Shown piece by piece: positions 23,196 to 29,166 of a DNA stretch of 51,406 bases. The notes under the pieces are model-generated. The model searched no databases, was not told the DNA's origin, and worked only from the letters and a program-made list of their open reading frames with translations. The stretch lies in IMG/VR virus record IMGVR_UViG_3300049811_000206, positions 1 through 51,406 of that record. One strand, given 5' to 3'. Each line of letters starts with the position of its first letter. The stretch's first letter is position 1. The translations under genes were made by a program, and so were the position numbers. The stretch is from a virus.

Positions 23196-23212
23196 ATTTT
23201 GTTGAACAGAAT
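23196..23212. promoter_or_regulatory. 17-bp palindromic element, copy 3 (ATTTTGTTGAACAGAAT)
   Basis: One mismatch to the perfect palindrome; 65 bp centre-to-centre from copy 2. Confidence 0.6.
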
Positions 23213-23306
23213 TCAGCGGGAAGCACTTGCCAATCCCTTAGCCCGATATTCCACCAGCGCACCTTCATTTTGACTTGCTGGGTTTCCGCAACAAAGAAGC
23301 GCTTCC

Positions 23307-23558
23307 TTACTTCAATGGCCACGCCCGTGTTGTTTCGGTGCTTGTAGAGCATGGGGGCTTCCTATCAGGGGCGCGGCCCACGGGCCTAGGCGGCAGGACA
23401 TACCAACCCGAATGCCCGATGCCTACCCCTATCCTATAGACCACGCGGCATGACCGGCAGGTGCGTTGAAAGACACCTAGGGACCGTGGCGCGTGCATGC
23501 GGAAACCACACCTGGGGCAGGGGAACGGCAAGCTTTGCTTGGCTCTAAATAGCGTCAT
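23307..23558 (-). CDS. Putative zinc-ribbon protein
   Basis: CPRCG...CRSC. ATG 23558 overlaps the upstream stop (ATGA). Confidence 0.5.
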   Translation of the reverse strand: MTLFRAKQSLPFPCPRCGFRMHAPRSLGVFQRTCRSCRVVYRIGVGIGHSGWYVLPPRPVGRAPDRKPPCSTSTETTRAWPLK

Positions 23559-23923
23559 TCGTCCAAGTTACTCCAATTGGGAAGCACTTCCTTGACCTTC
23601 AAAATAAGCTTTGTGGCTTCCACCTGCCATTGCTCACAACGGCGCTCAAGACGAGCCAATTCTTCGGCCATGTATTCATTTTGTTCCACGAGCCGTTCCA
23701 GCATACGCCTATTTTCACGTGGCCATTTTTCCCTACGGAACGCAGCCCGAAGCACGTTTCTTTGCACTCGCCATTTCTCAGCCTTAATGTTGGTAACGGA
23801 ATCAGGGATAGTAGCAAGGCGCGTATCGTCCGAATATAATTCATACCTGCAATTCGATGCGGAATGGCGCCAATGTGCTGTGGCAACCATGATTGCAGCA
23901 AATGGATTTATTTTGGTTGGCAT
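23555..23923 (-). CDS. Hypothetical protein with C-terminal coiled coil
   Basis: 122-aa ORF. Confidence 0.6.
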   Translation of the reverse strand: MPTKINPFAAIMVATAHWRHSASNCRYELYSDDTRLATIPDSVTNIKAEKWRVQRNVLRAAFRREKWPRENRRMLERLVEQNEYMAEELARLERRCEQWQVEATKLILKVKEVLPNWSNLDE

Positions 23924-23937
23924 ACCTAAACCTCATT

Positions 23938-24234
23938 TTATGGGCGTTGTTCTAAGCTTTTTTCCCATTCAGGAATAAACGCAAAGTGCGTGCTACCTGT
24001 GGCATACACCCACCCCGCACTTGAAAGCGTTGGCTCGTCTTCGCACCACACCCACCTACCAAATGAATCACGAACCAAAAACCTAGCCCACACCGGGGCG
24101 CTTTCCCACGCTGGTTTTTGCATGAGGGGTGCGGCGTCTTCCCATCGGCACCAATCACCAAAAGCATGTGGGCGCATTTCAATCCATTGTTCATTTGGAA
24201 GAAACTGAGCATACATTTTAAAACGCGCAATCAT
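23938..24234 (-). CDS. Hypothetical Trp-rich protein
   Basis: ATG 24234 overlaps the upstream TGA (ATGA). The ORF track start is 24255. Confidence 0.55.
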   Translation of the reverse strand: MIARFKMYAQFLPNEQWIEMRPHAFGDWCRWEDAAPLMQKPAWESAPVWARFLVRDSFGRWVWCEDEPTLSSAGWVYATGSTHFAFIPEWEKSLEQRP

Positions 24235-24443
24235 GCTTCGGGTTCCAATTCCCATGCCCGCAGGCGGTCACCAGCGGTGATTTCCCGAATGATTTTTTGG
24301 CGCAGGTCAATGGAGCGCTGCACGGCACTTTCACCCTTGGCGTTTGGCACGTGGTTTGAATCACTTTGGGCCAGCACTGCCGTGCGCAATGCCAGGGCGT
24401 TTTGGATTGCCACCAAGTCTTCACGGGATAGGTTTACTTGCAT
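24231..24443 (-). CDS. Hypothetical protein
   Basis: ATG 24443 is preceded by AGGGGGA. The ORF track start at 24458 is TTG. Confidence 0.55.
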   Translation of the reverse strand: MQVNLSREDLVAIQNALALRTAVLAQSDSNHVPNAKGESAVQRSIDLRQKIIREITAGDRLRAWELEPEA

Positions 24444-24451
24444 ACGTCCCC

Positions 24452-24664
24452 CTAGCAATCAAACACGAAATGCCTGTGCGTCTTGGGATTGTCAGCGCAG
24501 GCAACAGGTGCGCATTCTTCCCGCGTGGAAAGTGACCAACCGTTTTCCGTGCCACACGGGCGCATGCTGTTCACCTTGGCAACAAAGGCGGGCAATTCCT
24601 CGTCTGTGGCGTCCGAACACACCCACAACCCAAGCATTTGTTCCCCCAGGATTTCAATTTGCAT
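24452..24664 (-). CDS. Hypothetical protein
   Basis: ATG 24664 is preceded by GGGAAGGAAA. The ORF track start at 24682 is GTG. Confidence 0.55.
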   Translation of the reverse strand: MQIEILGEQMLGLWVCSDATDEELPAFVAKVNSMRPCGTENGWSLSTREECAPVACADNPKTHRHFVFDC

Positions 24665-24848
24665 TTCGTTTTTCCTTCCCACTCAAAAAGGATTTCAGCA
24701 TTTTCAATGCGTCCCACGCATTCACAGCGCAAAACATGACGATTAGCCCCAGCGCAAGGCTTCCCCACAGGAAAGACCACACAAGCCAAACAAGCCGCGC
24801 AATGCTCAAGTCAGTACACACAAGCGCCCCCGATATTTTGTTGAACAT
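24654..24848 (-). CDS. Small membrane protein, first gene of a minus-strand operon
   Basis: The TM segment is LVWLVWSFLWGSLALGLIVMFCAV. GTG 24821 follows GGGGG and is probably the true start. ATG 24848 lies inside palindrome copy 4. Confidence 0.5.
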   Translation of the reverse strand: MFNKISGALVCTDLSIARLVWLVWSFLWGSLALGLIVMFCAVNAWDALKMLKSFLSGKEKRNAN

Positions 24849-24851
24849 AAT
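24835..24851. promoter_or_regulatory. 17-bp palindromic element, copy 4 (ATTTTGTTGAACATAAT)
   Basis: Identical to copy 1. It lies 13 nt upstream of GTG 24821 on the minus strand. A TTGACA hexamer sits about 33 nt further upstream on that strand. Confidence 0.65.
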
Positions 24852-25027
24852 TCACGCCACGCTAAAGCATATTTGCCTAGAAGGTGTCAACCAAATTTTT
24901 GTAGTCAGTGTGGCGCTTGGATTCGAGGGGCAAAATATAGTCCGCCCCATGACTATAATATAGCCCGCTGGGACTATAGCCGGGGCGGGGTGTTTCAGGA
25001 ATGAACATGGTTGGAAAGTGGAACAGG

Positions 25028-25481
25028 GGGCCGGGGTTGGGTGCTACCCAATTTCAGCCCTGGCATTTAACTGCGCACCAGCGCCCCCAGCCCCTACCAA
25101 GGGAAACCAAAGCCTAACGTTTGTCGGGGCGGGAACACAATCCAATAATAGACAAAAAAAGAAGCTATTAATGGATAGTGGGCCGGGGTTCGAAGGATAC
25201 CAGCGGGGGGAAGTTTTGGGCTGGAATTTGGACGATTTTGGGGCCGGGGATCGGGGGAAAAACCAGCGCTGGGGGAAACACGGGGTTTTCTAAGTGCTTG
25301 ATTTGTAAGGAATGGCGTGTTTTGTGGCGTCGATTTTGGGTTTGAAAGGTAAGGGAAACCAGTGGGTTGAGCGAAAAAAGCTAACGTCGGTGTGCATTTT
25401 TTGTGCATGACTGGTATTAGTTAGCTGTTAAGGGGAATAAACGAACAAAATGGGCTTGGTAGCAAGGAAATTGGGCCGGGG
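25028..25481. repeat. Four dispersed copies of GGGCCGGGG in the non-coding hub
   Basis: Copies are at 25028-25036, 25180-25188, 25241-25249 and 25473-25481, all in the same orientation. Each is followed by (T/A)(T/C). Confidence 0.7.
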
Positions 25482-25513
25482 ACAAGGCCATTTTGTAACC
25501 CGTTGATTTTGTT

Positions 25514-25849
25514 CATTCCATCATTCCATGAACTTCCATCATTTTTTTGCTTCATGGAATGGAACTAACCAGCCGTTTTTTGGCTCTTTTTCGGGTTTTC
25601 CTTCCATCATTCCATGAAAGAGGGGGTATAGGTAACATTTTGAAACGCTGGTTTTTAGAGCGTGGTCCCACTGTATAAATATTGAACAACAACCACGATA
25701 AAATGCACCCTAAAACTACCCCTTATAGAGAATACATGGAATGTCGGAAGATGGCCCTTTTTGGAGGTTGTTTTGGTAATGATATTCGACACCTTCCAAC
25801 ATTCCATCATTTTGAGTTTTCATGGAAGGTTCTTGGAAGTTTCATGGAA
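25514..25849. repeat. Iteron-like array of TTCCAT(C/G)A in both orientations
   Basis: Exact plus-orientation copies start at 25516, 25524, 25534, 25602, 25610 and 25802. Exact inverted copies (TCATGGAA) start at 25552, 25820 and 25842. One-mismatch copies lie near 25557, 25734, 25794 and 25831. Confidence 0.8.
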
Positions 25850-25858
25850 GCACTTGCA

Positions 25859-25875
25859 TTTTTGTTGAACGTAAT
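25859..25875. promoter_or_regulatory. 17-bp palindromic element, copy 5 (TTTTTGTTGAACGTAAT)
   Basis: It lies 26 nt upstream of ATG 25902, the first gene of the plus-strand late block. TTGCAT sits immediately upstream. Confidence 0.55.
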
Positions 25876-25901
25876 GTTAGCTACTTTCGAGGGGGAAAAA
25901 T

Positions 25902-26219
25902 ATGAAACCGGAAACAATCGCCTTGCTGGCGGAATTCGAAAAATTCGTGTCCGCCGATCCGCGCCTTAAAGCGCTGTGGGCTGCCCTGCCCCAAGAAGCT
26001 GGGATAGCCCTGGGGAAAGCTGTGGAATACATGCCCCAGCTGAAACCGTCTTATTTCCATCAATGGTATTGCAAGCACGAATCCGACCGCTCGGGGCTTA
26101 CCCAGCGCCAAAGCTATCAGCTGTTTCAGCTGGGCTTGATGTTCCTTGACCAAGTGAGCCGGGGACGCTATTACGTGCCGCCGTTCGTGGCCGAAGGGGC
26201 TGCCAATGGGCAAGGATGA
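25902..26219 (+). CDS. Hypothetical protein
   Basis: GAGGGGGAAAAAT lies immediately upstream of ATG 25902. 105 aa. Confidence 0.65.
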   Translation: MKPETIALLAEFEKFVSADPRLKALWAALPQEAGIALGKAVEYMPQLKPSYFHQWYCKHESDRSGLTQRQSYQLFQLGLMFLDQVSRGRYYVPPFVAEGAANGQG

Positions 26220-26403
26220 TAAGCGGCCCGGAAGGAAACCCCTAAACCCTGGTGACCCCCTGGTGCACAAGGGGTTTCGTTTGCCGCGCACCTTGGTGCT
26301 TAGGCTTTCCAAGATGGCCTTGGACCACAAGCGTTCCGAAAGCGAATTTCTTAGGGAATTGCTTGAGGAAACCTTGAACAGGATTGAATCCAATGAAGGT
26401 TGA
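26206..26403 (+). CDS. Ribbon-helix-helix (CopG/MetJ-like) DNA-binding protein
   Basis: GAAGGGG RBS. GFRLPRTLVLRLSKMALDHKRSESEFLRELLEETL has a strand-helix-helix pattern. Confidence 0.65.
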   Translation: MGKDDKRPGRKPLNPGDPLVHKGFRLPRTLVLRLSKMALDHKRSESEFLRELLEETLNRIESNEG

Positions 26404-26620
26404 CGCGGTGAACATTGTGGTGGCGCTTGAGGATATGAAGGCGCACGCCCGAAAGCTTACATTCGCAGCCGCGCGGGCGATTTCCAAAGGTGAACACGGC
26501 GCTGCCGAATTCTTGGAACATGAAGCCAACGGGGTGGATTGGTGCATGCGGCGCTTGCGCCTCGCCATGGCAAAACCCCCCGCTGGGAAAGGTGCCCCAT
26601 GCCCGACAAATCGGAAATAA
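26393..26620 (+). CDS. Hypothetical protein
   Basis: ATG 26393 overlaps the end of the RHH gene. The ORF track start is 26384. Confidence 0.5.
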   Translation: MKVDAVNIVVALEDMKAHARKLTFAAARAISKGEHGAAEFLEHEANGVDWCMRRLRLAMAKPPAGKGAPCPTNRK

Positions 26621-26769
26621 ACAAAACGTGCCTCACCACATACGCCACACTTGTGGCGGTTGGGATCATGCTATTGATAGGCAGGTGCGGCGTAAGCCCC
26701 TGGTGGTTGCTTTCCATTCCGTTTTTCGTGTCGCACTTGGCCTTGGTTCTTGGTCGTTTTCGTGATTGA
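26599..26769 (+). CDS. Small two-TM membrane protein
   Basis: GGGAAAGG RBS precedes ATG 26599. TM segments are TTYATLVAVGIMLLIG and WWLLSIPFFVSHLALVLG. Confidence 0.5.
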   Translation: MPDKSEINKTCLTTYATLVAVGIMLLIGRCGVSPWWLLSIPFFVSHLALVLGRFRD

Positions 26770-26770
26770 T

Positions 26771-26968
26771 TTGGGCACATGTGCCCAAGTTATTTTCCCA
26801 ATGCAATCGGCATATTGTAATTTTCGCCTTGGAAGTTTGGGCACATTTTGGTCTAGTTTGGGCACAAATTGGGCACAAATTTCGGTGCTTTTTTCGTGGA
26901 AACGTTGACGGATTCCTACAAGGGTGCGATATTAAAGATATAACAAACGTTGGGCACACTTGGGCACA
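26771..26968. repeat. Array of seven TTGGGCACA boxes directly upstream of terS
   Basis: A perfect 18-bp palindrome TTGGGCACATGTGCCCAA lies at 26771-26788. Direct copies are at 26837, 26858, 26869, 26950 and 26960. The last copy ends 4 nt before ATG 26973. Confidence 0.85.
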
Positions 26969-26972
26969 TAAA

Positions 26973-27638
26973 ATGGAAAGTCAAGGAAATCAAGAGCTTA
27001 CAGTAAGGGGACAAAAGAAGTGGGATAAGCTGCGCGAAGAATGGCTTGCCAGCAATATGGACCCTTACGAATTCATGCGTGCCAAAAATATCAACATTAG
27101 GTTGGGCGGCGTTCGTCGCGTATTGGCCGAATGGATGAGTGTGTGCCCGGAAGACAAAAAGCCCCGGTTGCATCGTCCGGCCATGACGTGCTTCTACGAT
27201 CAGGTAATGGATTCCATAAAGAAGGAACAGGAAGGGAAGTTACCCAGCACGGCAGACTTGTGGAATTTATATCTTAGGTGGCGTCAGCAACAAAGTGGGC
27301 AGGATTACACCACAGCCGACAAGATTAGGATGCACCTGCACATTCTACTTGAAAAAGGTTTGACGGACGAAGGCACAAGCTACACCCCTACCGAATTGGC
27401 ACGCCTGGCGAACGTGGCGGAATCCATTCAAAGGATTCAACGCCTGGCGCTCGGCTTGACCACTGAAAACGTTGGAATGGAAACGCCACAAACCCACGTT
27501 GAAAAGGACGTTACCCCCGAGGAAAGCCCCCAAGCACAGGAAGCACGCATGCCGGTGTTCGTGGTGGAAATGTCGCGCGGCGGCAAGTTTGTCCGCTCAC
27601 GCCCGACCATGCAGCTGGCCCAAGCGGTAAGTGGTTAG
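26973..27638 (+). CDS. terS: Putative terminase small subunit
   Basis: It lies immediately upstream of terL. 221 aa with a helical N-terminus (KKWDKLREEWLASNMDPYEFMRAKNI) and an acidic/flexible C-terminus. The upstream part of the 26766 ORF is occupied by the repeat array and is unlikely to be coding. Confidence 0.55.
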   Translation: MESQGNQELTVRGQKKWDKLREEWLASNMDPYEFMRAKNINIRLGGVRRVLAEWMSVCPEDKKPRLHRPAMTCFYDQVMDSIKKEQEGKLPSTADLWNLYLRWRQQQSGQDYTTADKIRMHLHILLEKGLTDEGTSYTPTELARLANVAESIQRIQRLALGLTTENVGMETPQTHVEKDVTPEESPQAQEARMPVFVVEMSRGGKFVRSRPTMQLAQAVSG

Positions 27639-27667
27639 CGTTCAATAAACTACTGTTAATTGAACGC
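27638..27667 (+). other. Hairpin at the terS stop (9-bp stem)
   Basis: GCGTTCAAT (27638-27646) pairs with ATTGAACGC (27659-27667), with a 12-nt loop, followed by CTAGTTTT. Confidence 0.5.
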
Positions 27668-27673
27668 CTAGTT

Positions 27674-27714
27674 TTCAAAAACTTTTAACAAGTTTTATAA
27701 ATAGTTATTAGAAT
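27674..27714 (+). promoter_or_regulatory. AT-rich sigma70-like promoter candidates upstream of terL
   Basis: Two candidates are TTCAAA-N16-TATAAA (27674/27696) and TTAACA-N18-TAGAAT (27685/27709). This is the most AT-rich intergenic stretch I noticed by eye in the late block. Confidence 0.4.
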
Positions 27715-27732
27715 GCTTATCAGGGGGGTTTT

Positions 27733-29166
27733 TTGAACGGGGACGCAAAAGCACAAACGTCCCCCCCACCCCCCGCTGGGATTGTCCTGCGCCTTCCCCC
27801 CTTACATCCCCGTCAGGAAATTTTTGGGTTTTGGAATGAGGACAACCCCGAAGCGCAATGCTTGGTTGCCCCTTGTGGGACCAAGGCGGGGAAAAGTTTT
27901 GGTTCCAGCTGGTGGCTTGTCAAAGAAGCCATGGCAACGGCAAACCTGTATTGCGTTTGGTTGTCGCCCACATACCTGAAGGCAAAAATTGGTTACCGCT
28001 ATATGAAAAGCCTGTGCCATATCCCAGGCTACGTTTCATTTGTCGATAGCCGCATGGAAATCCATTTTGCCAATCGGTCATTCATTAAATTTCTGCATGG
28101 CCAAGACGCCGAAGTGACGGTGGAAGGGGAAGCGGTTGACCGCTTTGTTGTGGACGAAGCGGGGAAACAGACGGCACAGCTGTGGCATTCGCTGCTTACC
28201 ACAATCACCCAGACGCGCGGGCGAGGAATCATTACAGGAACCCCCCGTGGGTTCACTTGGTATTATGACCTGTTTCGTAAGGCAAAGGCGGGTGACCCGT
28301 TCTTTGTGTGGGCGCAATTCAGCACAGAGGATAGCCCTTTCATTGCCAAGGAAGCCATTGCCCAAGCCAAGCGCCTATTACCCAAGCCTCTGTATGACCA
28401 ATATTACCGGGCCATGTTCGTCAGCCTGTCCACGGTGTTCGGTGACCTTTCGGGAATTTGGAATGACCTACCCGTTGAAAATCAACGCCTTTGGTTTCAC
28501 CCGGACCCAGAAACCCGTTCCTTGGACACTTGCACGGGTGTAGATATAGCCAAGCAAAACGATTTCACGGTGTTTTCCACGGTCAACAGCAACGGGGAAA
28601 CCGTGGGCTTTTGCCGCTTCAAGGGCGGAAGCTACACGGAACAGGCACGAAAGCTTGCGAAATACTTGGAAGCCTTCAAGGAAGGTGACCGAAGCGTGCG
28701 ATATGACGCCACTGGCGTGGGTGTCGGCTTCGGGGACATGCTTGGTGAAATGGACCTGGACGCAAACGTGCGTGGGGTTACTTTCACCAACGCCAGCAAA
28801 TCCGAAATGGTTGTGAAGACAACCTTGGCTATTGAACAGGGCCGCTGGAAATGTCCGCGCCTTGAAGCTGTGGAACATGAGTTTTCAGCCCTCGAATTGC
28901 ACGTGACGCAATCCGGGCTTCATGCTTACCGCGCCCCCGAGGGTGACCACGATGACACGGTTATGTCATTCATGCTTTCAGTGTCCGGGGCGTTGGAATC
29001 CGCTGGTGCGGCGGACGCGGAAAGATTGCTAGAGGAAACGCTTGCGGGTGGGGGCCAGAAACGTGATACCCTTTCAAACTATGCTGCCCTTGCGTATGAC
29101 GATGACTTGACGCCACCCGAAGACGGGGACGCTGATTTTCTTGACGAAGATATGGGGGAATTATAA
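27733..29166 (+). CDS. terL: Terminase large subunit
   Basis: Walker A is CGTKAGKS and Walker B is RFVVDEAG. Nuclease-domain acidic motifs are TGVDIAKQNDFTVFS and GDHDDTVMSF. The TTG start at 27733 follows AGGGGGG. Confidence 0.9.
   Translation: MNGDAKAQTSPPPPAGIVLRLPPLHPRQEIFGFWNEDNPEAQCLVAPCGTKAGKSFGSSWWLVKEAMATANLYCVWLSPTYLKAKIGYRYMKSLCHIPGYVSFVDSRMEIHFANRSFIKFLHGQDAEVTVEGEAVDRFVVDEAGKQTAQLWHSLLTTITQTRGRGIITGTPRGFTWYYDLFRKAKAGDPFFVWAQFSTEDSPFIAKEAIAQAKRLLPKPLYDQYYRAMFVSLSTVFGDLSGIWNDLPVENQRLWFHPDPETRSLDTCTGVDIAKQNDFTVFSTVNSNGETVGFCRFKGGSYTEQARKLAKYLEAFKEGDRSVRYDATGVGVGFGDMLGEMDLDANVRGVTFTNASKSEMVVKTTLAIEQGRWKCPRLEAVEHEFSALELHVTQSGLHAYRAPEGDHDDTVMSFMLSVSGALESAGAADAERLLEETLAGGGQKRDTLSNYAALAYDDDLTPPEDGDADFLDEDMGEL

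Noticed and set aside
25178-25200. tRNA-like T-loop string GGGGTTCGAAGG
   Set aside because: The flanks cannot form a T-stem (CGGGG is followed by GATAC, not CCCCG). No acceptor, D or anticodon arms could be drawn. I found no tRNA in the window.
25018-25408. ORFs 25018..25293 (+, 91 aa) and 25094..25408 (-, 104 aa) in the non-coding hub. ORF 25682..25969 (+, 95 aa) was also considered.
   Set aside because: Their translations are low-complexity (Gly/Pro/Asn/Gln-rich), their starts are non-ATG or lack an RBS, and they are built from the GGGCCGGGG and TTCCAT repeat arrays. 25682..25969 also overlaps the well-supported start at 25902.
25514-26968. Possible CRISPR array suggested by the dense short repeats
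   Set aside because: The repeats are 8-9 nt, irregularly spaced and in both orientations, with no unique spacers of constant length and no cas genes. They fit iterons or protein-binding boxes, not CRISPR.
26766-26972. N-terminal extension of terS from the ORF-track start at 26766
   Set aside because: The extension consists of the TTGGGCACA boxes and begins inside the preceding gene's stop. ATG 26973 gives a sensible helical N-terminus.
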